64,000 bases of DNA from an uncultured Gammaproteobacteria bacterium (GTDB lineage: Bacteria; Pseudomonadota; Gammaproteobacteria; Steroidobacterales; Rariloculaceae). The stretch lies in NCBI GenBank assembly GCA_963805435.1, contig CAWDUG010000001.1:199145-263144 (forward strand), read 5' to 3'. Below the pieces are notes generated by a model, which worked only from the letters and a program-made list of their open reading frames with translations, did no database searches and was not told the DNA's origin. Below are positions 28,342 through 37,657 of this stretch, piece after piece. Both the position numbers and the translations under genes were made by a program. The first letter of the stretch is position 1; every line of letters starts with the position of its first letter.

Positions 28342-30465
28342 ATGGGATCAGCCCCGTCTCGACCAGCATCGTCAGACCGACCGCCGCCGGAGAGACTGGA
28401 TTCGTGGAAGGTCATCGCTGCCTACCTGAAGCGCGACGCCACCACCGTCCAACGGTGGGAGCGTCGCGAGGGGATGCCGGTGCACCGGCACCTCCACGAC
28501 AAACGCGGCTCGGTTTACGCGCTTTGTTCGGAGCTCGATGCTTGGCGTGAGCACCGAGGTGTAGTTCCGGAGACTGAATCGACGAACAAGGACGTGGCGC
28601 TGGACTCGTTTACGGCCGTCACCGCAAAGCCGCAGGTGTCGCTCGGCCCGCGGCGGGTACGGCGCAGGCTGGTAGGGTTGGGGCTCGTCGTTGTTGGTTT
28701 GATTGCGATGACCGCCCTCGGTTATCGCTATTGGGCCTCGAGCGCTGTACCGCCCAAGATCGCCTCGATTGCAGTTCTGCCGCTGCAGAATCTTTCGGGG
28801 GACCCTACCCAGGAGTACTTGGCCGACGGCATGACCGAGGCCGTCATCGCCCGGTTGACGGCAATCCGCGACTTGCGTGTCAGCTCGCACACGTCGGTGA
28901 TGCGTTTCAAGGCCCCGCAGGTGTCCCTCCCGGAAATCGGCCGGACCTTAGGCGTAGACGCTATCGTCGAAGGATCGATCTCGCGAGCAGGCGATCGAGT
29001 GCGCGTCGTCGTGCAACTCATTCGAGCGGCCAACGACGACCATCTGTGGTCGGAAACCTACGACCGTGATTTGCAGGATGTGCTCGCCCTACAGAGCGAG
29101 CTGGCTCAATCCATCGCTGCAAAGGTCGAGGTGACCGTTTCGGGTCGCGAGCGGCAGCTACTTGCCGCCACCCGCGTGGTCAGCCCGAAGGTCTATGAGA
29201 GCTATTTGCAGGGTCGGTTCGCGTACCGCCAAGACGTCAGCAAAGAGGTGCTCGCGCAAAGCGCGCGCTACTACGAGGACGCGATCCGCCTGGATCCGAC
29301 CTTCGCGCCCGCGTACGTCGGTTTAGCGCAAACCCTCAGCCGGCTCGGCACGGTGTTCATGGGCGGACTTCCGAACGACACGCGGCCCAGGGTCATGGAT
29401 GCGGCGCGTAAAGCGCTCGCGCTCGATCCCGATCTGGCCGATGCGCACGTGCTGCTCGCACGCGCGGAGCAGGCGCGGTTCCACTGGACGGTCGCCGAAA
29501 CCGAGTTCCGCCGTGCGCTCGAGTTGAGCCCGAATGACGGGCATGCTCACGCTGGGTTTGCTTCCTGGCTGATGTGCCAGGGGCGATTGGACGAGGCACT
29601 TCAGTGGGTCGAGCGCGGCCGGCGCCTCGATCCTCTGGCTGTTTCCGGTGCCGAGGTCGCCTGGATCCTGTTCCAAGCGCATCGATACGAGGAGGCGGAG
29701 CGCGAACTGCGCAGCCTCCTCGCCGTGCAGCCGGACCATGTCGATGGCTTGATAATACTTGGATTCGTGCTGAGCGCGGAGCGGCGCGACAGCGACGCCG
29801 TCGTGGTGTTGGAGCGGGCAGCAACCGTATCCGCGGGGAGCCCGGCGGCCACTGGAATGCTGATAAGGACTTATGCGCGGGCAGGCCGCAGGGACCAGGC
29901 AATGCAATTGTTGGCGGAGCTGCAGCAGCGCAACTCCGTAGAGTATGTGCCGACCGCCGCCTTCGTGAACGCGTATCTCGGATTGGGTGCGACGGACGAC
30001 GCGCTCGCCTGGCTAGAGCGCGCCTACGCCGAGAAATCGAACATCCTGCAGAGCATCAAGGTGCACCCGTTTTTCGACCCCCTTCGTGGCGAGACGCGAT
30101 TTGCGGACCTCGTGCAGCGCGTCTGGGGTGAGCCTGATCGACTAGCACGCTCAACGCTTGCGCGAGGTCGCGTACACTTCGATCCACGACACGTTGGTGC
30201 AGCCGGCCGTGCCGTGCCCGCCGCCGGGCATGAGATCGACGTAGCCGATCTCGTCCACGCGGCTCAAATCCGGGTTGTTCACTTCGAGCTTCACGACGAC
30301 CGTTTTCGGATCGAGCTCGAACCAGCGCTGATCGTCGAACGTCACCTCGGATACGACGAAGTTGCCGGTATATCCGGTCGCTCCCGTCATCCGCCGCTGC
30401 GGGCTCTGGAACGTCTGGCTGCCGACGAGCAGCTTGCCGTCCGCGAGCTTCACGACCGGATGTAG
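28342..30465 (+). CDS. membrane-anchored HTH / TolB-N-like / TPR regulator; 3' end probably mis-extended
   Basis: N-terminal LDSWKVIAAYLKRDATTVQRWERREGMPVH is HTH-like. One TM helix (LVGLGLVVVGLIAMTALGY). An IAVLPLQNLSGDPTQEYLADGMTEAVIARL module, then several TPR-like repeats. The homology-like sequence ends near ~30140. The remaining ~105 codons are antisense to gene 30151..30894. Confidence 0.65.
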   Translation: MGSAPSRPASSDRPPPERLDSWKVIAAYLKRDATTVQRWERREGMPVHRHLHDKRGSVYALCSELDAWREHRGVVPETESTNKDVALDSFTAVTAKPQVSLGPRRVRRRLVGLGLVVVGLIAMTALGYRYWASSAVPPKIASIAVLPLQNLSGDPTQEYLADGMTEAVIARLTAIRDLRVSSHTSVMRFKAPQVSLPEIGRTLGVDAIVEGSISRAGDRVRVVVQLIRAANDDHLWSETYDRDLQDVLALQSELAQSIAAKVEVTVSGRERQLLAATRVVSPKVYESYLQGRFAYRQDVSKEVLAQSARYYEDAIRLDPTFAPAYVGLAQTLSRLGTVFMGGLPNDTRPRVMDAARKALALDPDLADAHVLLARAEQARFHWTVAETEFRRALELSPNDGHAHAGFASWLMCQGRLDEALQWVERGRRLDPLAVSGAEVAWILFQAHRYEEAERELRSLLAVQPDHVDGLIILGFVLSAERRDSDAVVVLERAATVSAGSPAATGMLIRTYARAGRRDQAMQLLAELQQRNSVEYVPTAAFVNAYLGLGATDDALAWLERAYAEKSNILQSIKVHPFFDPLRGETRFADLVQRVWGEPDRLARSTLARGRVHFDPRHVGAAGRAVPAAGHEIDVADLVHAAQIRVVHFELHDDRFRIELEPALIVERHLGYDEVAGISGRSRHPPLRALERLAADEQLAVRELHDRM

Positions 30466-30894
30466 TACGTGCAGATTTTCCGTGCGCGTTCGCCAGCGCA
30501 TCCGCGTGAGGCCGGTCAGATCGAGGTAGGCGCCCTTGTGCTTCAGCGTCAGCGCCACGGGCGAGGTGGTGAAGCCGTTCCAGACGTCCGGGATGCCGTT
30601 GTGCGAGGTCACCTGGATGTTGGCCGAATCCGTCCCATAGAGCTTGAGCTCGAGGTCGGCGTTAGTCAGCGCCTGCGGCGTGATGCGGCGATTCTCGTCG
30701 GTCAGCGGCCCCGTGTGCGGCGGCTGCTGCCACACTTCGCGGAACAACAGCGGCGGCGTCACCGCGTCGTGCTCCAGGCCAAAGGGGCTGTTCAGATCGC
30801 CCGGCTGCGCGAGCGCGTTACCTGCGCCGCACGCTAGCAACAGAATCGAAGCCGTGACGGTCCACGCACGCGAACGAGAGTAGGTCGAGATCAT
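30151..30894 (-). CDS. secreted hypothetical protein
   Basis: MISTYSRSRAWTVTASILLLACGAGNALAQ signal peptide. No family recognised. The internal ATG at 30892-30894 is preferred over the 263-aa ORF start. Confidence 0.55.
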   Translation of the reverse strand: MISTYSRSRAWTVTASILLLACGAGNALAQPGDLNSPFGLEHDAVTPPLLFREVWQQPPHTGPLTDENRRITPQALTNADLELKLYGTDSANIQVTSHNGIPDVWNGFTTSPVALTLKHKGAYLDLTGLTRMRWRTRTENLHVLHPVVKLADGKLLVGSQTFQSPQRRMTGATGYTGNFVVSEVTFDDQRWFELDPKTVVVKLEVNNPDLSRVDEIGYVDLMPGGGHGTAGCTNVSWIEVYATSRKR

Positions 30895-31108
30895 GGCGCC
30901 CTCCGAAGGCCCCCCGTTGGGCCGTCGTAGATCGTACGTCACGGCCCGCGGGCCGGCTACAGTTGGCTGGACTTAGGCGTGAGGCTTGAGCATGGCCTGA
31001 ATGAGCGCGTGCCTGTGCAGTCGCTGCTCGAGAGCCGCGAGTTCCTCTACCGATTAACGAGGGCGTTGGCCGACCGAAAGTAGCTGTCTCGGGCGCCGAC
31101 GTCGGCGC

Positions 31109-31666
31109 TCAGTGCAGGCTGACAGATGCGCGATCGTTGCCGTAGTGAGCGCCATCGACGGTGCGATGCGACAGGTACACCCAGCGCCCGTCGCGGTTGG
31201 CGTAGACCTTCTCGTACCACACGGAGAACCAGCGGCGCCCTTCGGGCGAGCCCGGGATGTGACCGACGTAGTGGCCATACGTGATGGCCACGTCGCCATG
31301 CATCTCGATGGCTTGCACGTCGACGTCGATAGCTTCGTAGATCTTGCCGCTGACGCGCTTCATGAAGCTCGTGCGATCGTCGACGAGGGACGGCGCGTCG
31401 CCATGCGTCCAGCCGTCGCCGTGCACCATGACGAAGTCGGGCGCGATAGCCCTTTCCATGTAGGTGACATCGCCGCGAACGGTGGCTGCGGCCACCTCGC
31501 GCTCGAACGCGAGCACCTCGGCACCGGTGGCCGTCTGGCCTGGAGATGCAACGGTTGCGTGCGAAGACGCGTGCCCCGCTTGTGTGGGCGCTTGCGCGAG
31601 GCGGGTGCCGGCGACGAGGAGCGCGGCGGCCGTCGCGGCGAACACAGCCACTCTGAACGCGTTCAT
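31109..31666 (-). CDS. secreted SnoaL-like/DUF4440 (NTF2-fold) protein
   Basis: Signal peptide MNAFRVAVFAATAAALLVAG. LAFEREVAAATVRGDVTYMERAIAPDFVMVHGDG...GRWVYLSH is the typical DUF4440 pattern. Its ATG overlaps the stop of the upstream MFS gene (ATGA at 31663-31666). Confidence 0.65.
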   Translation of the reverse strand: MNAFRVAVFAATAAALLVAGTRLAQAPTQAGHASSHATVASPGQTATGAEVLAFEREVAAATVRGDVTYMERAIAPDFVMVHGDGWTHGDAPSLVDDRTSFMKRVSGKIYEAIDVDVQAIEMHGDVAITYGHYVGHIPGSPEGRRWFSVWYEKVYANRDGRWVYLSHRTVDGAHYGNDRASVSLH

Positions 31667-32929
31667 GCTCCGCCCTCTCCCGCTTGCGGCGGTTGCCGCT
31701 GCGGGATTGGAGCATGGGCTCGCTCGGCCGTCCAGGTTGCGGGTTGCCTGCTCGCTGCCGTCGCCAGCTGTTTCGCGAAAAACAGCGCGAGAAGCAGCAA
31801 GGCGATGCCGATCAAGACGAAGCTCGGGGTGTATCCGAACGCGGTGATCGCGCGGCCGAACAACGCCACGCCCAGGGCTTGGCCGCAGAACAGGCACAAC
31901 GCGAAGGCCGAGATGGCAGTGCCGCGGGCGCGTGCGTACATCTCGGTCGCTTTGGTCTGCAGCGTGTTGTGCAGCAGGTAGAAGCCGAAACCCGCCGAGC
32001 ATGCAGAGCGGGCCGACCACCTGCCAGTTCGGCGCAAACGGTAGAGAGACGAAGAACACGAGCAGCACGAGCGCGGCGGCGAGTGCGAAGCCCGCTTCGC
32101 TGAGTCGACGCAGCAACCAGCGCACGAGCACGCTATAGATCAATCCGCCAACACCGAATCCGGCCAGCATGGCGCCGACGATGAGATACGAGACATCGAA
32201 GGTTTCCTTCAGCCACGCGCCAGCGTAGGCAAAGCCGCCGTAGAACAGAGCGCCTTCCAGGAATACGACCAGCAGAACCGTGCGCACCCAGGGAACGCGA
32301 AGAAGGTCCTGATAGGTCCGCAGGAAGTTCTCCGGGGTGTGCGTCCTCGGCGTGCCGTCGGTGCGTCGGCGTTCGCTACGATCGAGCCGGAACAGCGCAA
32401 TGGCGACTATCAGAAACGCGCCTGTGAGCAGGTAGAGAACCTCGCGCCAGCTCAGCCACTCCGCCAGCGCGCCGCCGAGCGCGGGCCCCATGATCTGGCC
32501 CGTGATGCTGAAGCCGATGAAGCGCCCGAGTGTCGCCTGTCGGTTTTCGTAGGAGGTGTGATCACCGATCCAGGCAATCGACACCGGAATGATGCCGGCG
32601 GCGCCGATGCCGGCGATGAAGCGCAGCACGGTCAGCCACGTCAGCGTTGGCGCCAGCGCCGAGCCGAGCGAGCCCAAGCAGGCAATCAGCATCGCCACGG
32701 CAATGGTTCTGAGCCGGCCCACTCGGTCGCCGAGCGGGCCATGCACCAGCTGAAACACGCCGTAGGAAAAGGTGAACGCCGTGATGACGATGGAAGCGAC
32801 GGTCGGCGCAACCGCGAAGTCCTCCGCCAGCGTGGGCAGCAGCGCGTCGAACATTCTCAGGTTCGCGCCCGAGATGAACGCAGCGCTGGCGAGGAACGGG
32901 AACGCGGGGTTCAGGCGGCTGGTCGTCAA
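31663..32929 (-). pseudogene. MFS transporter, one frameshift
   Basis: TTG start. GPLGDRVGR motif and multiple TM spans. The last ~120 aa (GFGFYLLHNTLQTKATEMYARARGTAISAF...) are in ORF 31663..32037, with the junction near ~31990. Confidence 0.75.
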
Positions 32930-34053
32930 CCCGTGGCCTGCGTGAGCGCCTTCGTGAGCCGCGCCACGGTGCCGTCCACGTCACCGAACTTGTCGAGCCC
33001 GAAGAGCCCGATGCGAAACGCGCGGTAGTCCGCGGGCTCGCCGCACTGCAGCGGCACGCCGGCCGCGACTTGCGCGCCGGCTTTCGCGAAGCCCGCGACG
33101 ATGTTCGCGTCCTTTGTGTATGACACGACCACGCACGGCGCCTCGAAGCCCGCGCCTGCGACGCTCGGGAAGCCGCGCTCCTTCAGCAGCACGCGCACGC
33201 GCTGGCCGAGCTCGATCTGCCGCTCGCGCAGCTTCTCGAAGCCGAACTTTTCCGTCTCGATCATGAGGTCGCGCAGGCGCCGCAGGCTGTCGGTCGGCAT
33301 CGTGGCGTGATACGCGTGGCCGCCGCCTTCGTACGTCTCCATGATCTGCAGCCACTTTGCGAGATCCATCGCAAAGCTCGTGCTCTTCGTGGCGGTGACG
33401 CGCTCGCGAGCGCGTTCGCTCAACATCACGAGTCCCGCGCCCGGTGTGCCGGACCAGCCTTTCTGCGGCGCCGTGATCAGCACGTCGACGCCGGTCGCCT
33501 GCATGTTCACCCACAGCGTGCCGGACGCGATGCAGTCGAGCACGAACAGTCCGCCGACGGCGTGCACGGCGGTGGCGACGCGCTTCAGGTAGTCGTCCGG
33601 CAGCAGAATGCCGGACGCCGTCTCGACGTGCGGCGCGAACACCAGATCGGGACGCTCTTTATCGATGTGTGCCTCCACCTCCTCGATCGGCGCTGGCACC
33701 CACGGTGAATCGATGGCGGTGCCGGTGCGGCGCGCCTGCAGTACCGTGGCCGCGGCCGGGATGGAGCCGGTTTCGAAGATCTGCGTCCACCGGTAGCTGA
33801 ACCAGCCGTTGCGCAACACCAGGCAGCGCTTGCCCGTGGCGAGCTGGCGCGCGACGGATTCCATGCCGTACGTGCCGCCGCCGGGTACGACGGCGACTGA
33901 GCGTGCGCCATAGACCTTCTTCAAGGTGGCGGAGATGTCGCGCATCACCGCCTGGAAGCTTGCTGACATGTGGTTCAGCGAGCGGTCGGTGAAGACCACC
34001 GAGAATTCGAGCAAGCCGTCGGGATCGACGGCAGAGATGGGGTTCGTGGGCAT
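32926..34053 (-). CDS. class V (alanine-glyoxylate / serine-pyruvate type) aminotransferase
   Basis: VPGGGTYGMES, FVLDCIASG and the PLP-lysine context ITAPQKGWSG. Length and layout match AGXT/PhnW-like enzymes. Its stop overlaps the MFS TTG start. Confidence 0.8.
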   Translation of the reverse strand: MPTNPISAVDPDGLLEFSVVFTDRSLNHMSASFQAVMRDISATLKKVYGARSVAVVPGGGTYGMESVARQLATGKRCLVLRNGWFSYRWTQIFETGSIPAAATVLQARRTGTAIDSPWVPAPIEEVEAHIDKERPDLVFAPHVETASGILLPDDYLKRVATAVHAVGGLFVLDCIASGTLWVNMQATGVDVLITAPQKGWSGTPGAGLVMLSERARERVTATKSTSFAMDLAKWLQIMETYEGGGHAYHATMPTDSLRRLRDLMIETEKFGFEKLRERQIELGQRVRVLLKERGFPSVAGAGFEAPCVVVSYTKDANIVAGFAKAGAQVAAGVPLQCGEPADYRAFRIGLFGLDKFGDVDGTVARLTKALTQATG

Positions 34054-34243
34054 CCGTGCGCTCCGCAGATGAGCTTTTTGGGGGCGCTAGCATACCGCGG
34101 CGGGCCGTGTGCCGTGACCCGGCTCTGCGGGGTGGGTGACCGCGTTCGCTACAGGGAGCCGTCGGCGCCAACGGGCGTGCCGGCGGGGGCTGCCGCCGCG
34201 GGTTCGGCCGCGGGCTCACGTAGGGCAGCGGTGGCGCCGAGCG

Positions 34244-35071
34244 CTAGCGCGACGGCGGCGTCAGGATGAACTTGCCGTCGACGATGGGGTTGCGCTCCTC
34301 GCCTTCGCAATCCTCGTACACCATGCGGTGGATCTGCGTGACGCGCTGATACGTGCGCTTCATGTGCCAGGGTCCGGTGAGATTCTTGGGATCCACGATC
34401 GTGATTTCATTCTCCAGCAGATCCTTGTTCAGCATTCGGATGCGTTCGGTGAAGTGCGCGTCCGCGCTCAGGAACGCGATCATCTGCGATTCCTCGATGC
34501 CGCCGAAGGCGATCACGGCCGAGCCTTCGCGTCCCGGAAAGGCCGACTTCACCGCGATGGTATCGATGACGAGCGTCGCACCTTCCCAGTGGCCGATCGA
34601 ATCGCCCCAGGGCGTCGGCCACAGGTCGTCCTTGCCAGGGTGCTCGCGCCCATCCGTATACACGTGGCGGATCTCGCGGCTCGAGAAGATCAGCGCCGTC
34701 TCGTTCGGCGTCGGTAGAATCTCGAACATCAACGGCGACTCGAGCATCACCGTGGGATAGCCGAACGTGCAGGCCGTCACGGCGCCGCCCGGGTCCTTCC
34801 CTTGCCGCATGGCTTCCATGGCCGCACGCTGCCCCGCGACCACTCTGTCGATGACCGCTTGCGACTCGGGTCTAAGCGGCGGTGACCACTCGAGCTCTTT
34901 AAGCACCTGCTCGAGCGGCTCGTAGAACCCGCCGTCCGGGCTCGGCGTGGCGCCGACGTTCTCCCATTGGCCGCTCCAGTCCGGCAGCGGTGCTGGCGCC
35001 GGTGCGCACGCCACTGCCGCGCACGCGAGCAGCAGAGCCGCGGCGGCGCGTACCGAGAAACGCCCGCTCAC
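34244..35071 (-). CDS. secreted two-Cys partner protein, copy 5
   Basis: Lipoprotein-like signal ...LLLACAAVAC. Motifs: PDWSGQW, ACTFGYP, GHWEGATLVIDT, ERI and YEDCEGEE. The GTG start (35069-35071) overlaps the TGA of the upstream HH-protein gene. Confidence 0.75.
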   Translation of the reverse strand: MSGRFSVRAAAALLLACAAVACAPAPAPLPDWSGQWENVGATPSPDGGFYEPLEQVLKELEWSPPLRPESQAVIDRVVAGQRAAMEAMRQGKDPGGAVTACTFGYPTVMLESPLMFEILPTPNETALIFSSREIRHVYTDGREHPGKDDLWPTPWGDSIGHWEGATLVIDTIAVKSAFPGREGSAVIAFGGIEESQMIAFLSADAHFTERIRMLNKDLLENEITIVDPKNLTGPWHMKRTYQRVTQIHRMVYEDCEGEERNPIVDGKFILTPPSR

Positions 35072-35469
35072 TTGCGCGGCTCCGGTCGCGCGGGCGGTGC
35101 GCTGCCGATCAGGGGGCCGCCCGGCCCGATGCCCGAAAGGTACTGGCCGCCATGGTCGCCATCAACGAGGGGATGGATGTTCAGCGTGACCTGCTCGCCG
35201 GGCTTCAACGTGCCCGGTCGCCACCCGGTTCGCGCCAGGTGCTCGGGGCTGGTCATCTCGATGCTCCACTCGTCTTCGGCGCCTTGGGCGTTCTTCACGA
35301 GCACCTGGATGAAGACGTGCGGGTTGGTCCAGCGGAGCTCCTTGACGGCGCCTTGCAGCGTGACCGTCTTCGACTGGTCGAACATGGCGAACGAGTGATG
35401 CGCGAGGGCGGAGCCTGCTGCGAGCAGGATCGCGACGGCGATGGAGGCGCGATTTCGCAGTGTGCTCAT
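35068..35469 (-). CDS. small secreted HH-protein (DUF6152-like), copy 4
   Basis: MSTLRNRASIAVAILLAAGSALA followed by HHSFAMFD, then KELRWTNPHVFIQVLV. ATG at 35467-35469. Confidence 0.8.
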   Translation of the reverse strand: MSTLRNRASIAVAILLAAGSALAHHSFAMFDQSKTVTLQGAVKELRWTNPHVFIQVLVKNAQGAEDEWSIEMTSPEHLARTGWRPGTLKPGEQVTLNIHPLVDGDHGGQYLSGIGPGGPLIGSAPPARPEPRK

Positions 35470-35555
35470 TCGTTGTTCTCCTCGGGTCCGCCCGCCGAAG
35501 CTCGGATCGTCGCCGACTTCGCCGCGGGAACAATATTCGTCGTCTCCGAAGGCGC

Positions 35556-36248
35556 CTACCACTCGTGGCGGCTGCCGTTCCATTTCCAGAAGCCGCCGCT
35601 GTTTCCCAGGGCGAGCTGGTCGATGACCTTGGCGATTCCCTCGGCGCTGTCGGCCGGCGCTACGTGGGCGCTGGGGCCACCCATGTCCGTCTGCACCCAG
35701 CCCGGATGAATCAGGCCAATGGCGATGCCCTGGGGCTTGAGCTCGATCGCCGCCAGGCGCATGAACTTGTTCAACGCCGCCTTGCTTGCGGAGTACGCCA
35801 GCGAGAAAGCCATGTCGAGCGAGATCGCGCCGAGCTGGCTGGTGATATTCATCACCTTGGGATTCAGCGAACGCTTCAGCGCCGGCAACAGCGCCTGCAT
35901 GACTCTAGCGGGGCCCAGCGTGTTCACGTTCAGCGTCTCGGTCCACGCGGCGAAGTTCATGTGCGTCGCCGTCTGCTGCCCGGCTGGGCCACCGCTCATG
36001 CCCGCGTTGTTGATCAGCGTGTCGACCGAAGTGCCGGCGAGAACCTCGGCGAGCGCAGCCACGGATCTGTCGTCGCCTACATCGAGCGGAACCACGGTGA
36101 CCGCGTGTTTTCTTGCGAGGCCGTGGAGCTCTTCGGCCGTGCTCGGCGTACGGCAGCAGGCGAACACGGTGTCGCCACGCAGCGCATACAGCTTCGCCAG
36201 CGCCAGGCCTATGCCACGATTCGATCCGGTAATGACAACGTTGCTCAT
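35556..36248 (-). CDS. short-chain dehydrogenase/reductase (SDR)
   Basis: TGSNRGIG cofactor motif, NNAG, and the S...YSASK catalytic motif. Length ~230 aa. Confidence 0.85.
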   Translation of the reverse strand: MSNVVITGSNRGIGLALAKLYALRGDTVFACCRTPSTAEELHGLARKHAVTVVPLDVGDDRSVAALAEVLAGTSVDTLINNAGMSGGPAGQQTATHMNFAAWTETLNVNTLGPARVMQALLPALKRSLNPKVMNITSQLGAISLDMAFSLAYSASKAALNKFMRLAAIELKPQGIAIGLIHPGWVQTDMGGPSAHVAPADSAEGIAKVIDQLALGNSGGFWKWNGSRHEW

Positions 36249-36341
36249 GAGTTCGCTCGCAGCGGCCCGTGACGGCACGCTCGCGCGGTTCGCAAGGTAG
36301 CCCGGCGGGGAGCGCCGGGCTCTGGCAGGCCGTGGGTCCCG

Positions 36342-37655
36342 CTAGATCTGCAGCCGCCCCGTGCTCGCCCCGATCGAGTCGCAGCGCGCATTCGCGATAT
36401 CCGCGAACGCCACGAGCAGGTTCGCGGTCGGCTCCTTGTGGTCGACCGTGATGTGCCGGCCGCCCTTGAGCCGGCCGTTCGCGCCACCGAGCAGCACCGC
36501 GGGCGGGCTGTTGCGGTCGTGGGCGTTGCCGTTGCTCATGCCGGCACCCCAGTAGACGAGCGATGCGTCGAGCAACGTGCCGTCGCCGTCCGGCGTGGCC
36601 TGAAGCTTGCCGACGAACTCGGCGAATTTCGCGATCTGGTAGGTCACGAGCTTCGCGTACTTTTCGATGCCCTCCGGTTTGTCGCCGTGATGCGAGACCG
36701 GGTGATGCGGCTCGGGGATGCCGATGTGCGCGTAGCTGCGGCTGCTGCCCTCGTGACCGAGCATGAACGTGAAGACGCGCGTGATGTCGCCCTGGAACGC
36801 GAGATGCAACAAGTCGTACGTGACGGTCAGGTGATCGTCGAAGTTGTCCGGAATGCCGACGGGCGCATCGGGCGCAGCCGCGATCGTGTCCGAGCGCGTC
36901 TGCATCTTCTGTAGCGATTCCTCCACGCGGCGCACGTTCGTCAAGTACTCGTCGAGCACGGCGTTGTCGTGGCTGCCGAGCTTGCGCTCGAGGCGCGAGG
37001 TCTCGTCGGCGACCGAATCCAGGATGCTCTGCTTCCGGCGCAAGCGCGCCAAGCGCTGCTGCGCACTGCCAGGGTCGCCGAACATGCGCTCGAACGTGAC
37101 CTGCGGGTTGATGGCAACCGGCAGCGGACTCGTGTCGTCGCGCCACGCGAGCGTGTTGAAGAACACGCACGGGAAGCCGTCGCACGCGCCGGCAGCCGTG
37201 CCCATGTCCTCGGTACCGACTTCGAGCGAGCGCAGCGGCGTGTCTTCGGCCACCGCGTCCGCGATGAACTGGTCGACAGTCTTCTTCGACTCGATCTTGC
37301 CGTAGCTGCCCGCCGTGTTGACGGGACCAACGCCGTTCAGGAACGCGGCGCTCGCGCCGAGATGCACGGAGCCATCGGGCGCCTTCAGCTTGCTGATCGT
37401 GACGAGGCGCTCGCGATACGGCTCGAGCGGCTTCATGATCGGCTGGAAGTCGAACCCCGTGCCGACCTTCGTCGGATGCCAGAGCTGCGGATACACGCCG
37501 TTCGGCATGTAGATCGCGCCGAAGCGCAGCGGCCGCTTCGCGCTCGACTGGCCGAATGCCGGCAGCATCGAGTCGAGCAGCGGCAACGCGACCGCGACGC
37601 CGGCGCCGCGCAGGAAGGTACGGCGGTGCAAGTGCTTCTTCGTGATGAACGTCAT
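36342..37655 (-). CDS. DUF1552 domain protein (Tat signal), copy A
   Basis: MTFITKKHLHRRTFLRGAGVAVALPLLDSM twin-arginine signal. Contains HHPVSHH and GAGMSNGNAHD blocks. Lies directly downstream (2-nt gap) of a DUF1592-type gene, the known pairing for this family. Confidence 0.8.
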   Translation of the reverse strand: MTFITKKHLHRRTFLRGAGVAVALPLLDSMLPAFGQSSAKRPLRFGAIYMPNGVYPQLWHPTKVGTGFDFQPIMKPLEPYRERLVTISKLKAPDGSVHLGASAAFLNGVGPVNTAGSYGKIESKKTVDQFIADAVAEDTPLRSLEVGTEDMGTAAGACDGFPCVFFNTLAWRDDTSPLPVAINPQVTFERMFGDPGSAQQRLARLRRKQSILDSVADETSRLERKLGSHDNAVLDEYLTNVRRVEESLQKMQTRSDTIAAAPDAPVGIPDNFDDHLTVTYDLLHLAFQGDITRVFTFMLGHEGSSRSYAHIGIPEPHHPVSHHGDKPEGIEKYAKLVTYQIAKFAEFVGKLQATPDGDGTLLDASLVYWGAGMSNGNAHDRNSPPAVLLGGANGRLKGGRHITVDHKEPTANLLVAFADIANARCDSIGASTGRLQI

Positions 37656-37657
37656 GG

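Noticed and set aside
30144-30465. C-terminal ~105 aa of ORF 28342..30465 as a genuine protein domain
   Set aside because: It has low-complexity Arg/Ala/His-rich sequence and is fully antisense to a convincing convergent gene. It most likely results from a lost stop codon.
31093-31108. Perfect 16-bp palindrome gcgccgacgtcggcgc immediately downstream of the DUF4440 stop, considered as an intrinsic terminator
   Set aside because: No U-rich tract follows it on the transcribed (minus) strand, and the stem would have essentially no loop. It could equally be a protein-binding palindrome, and the evidence is insufficient.
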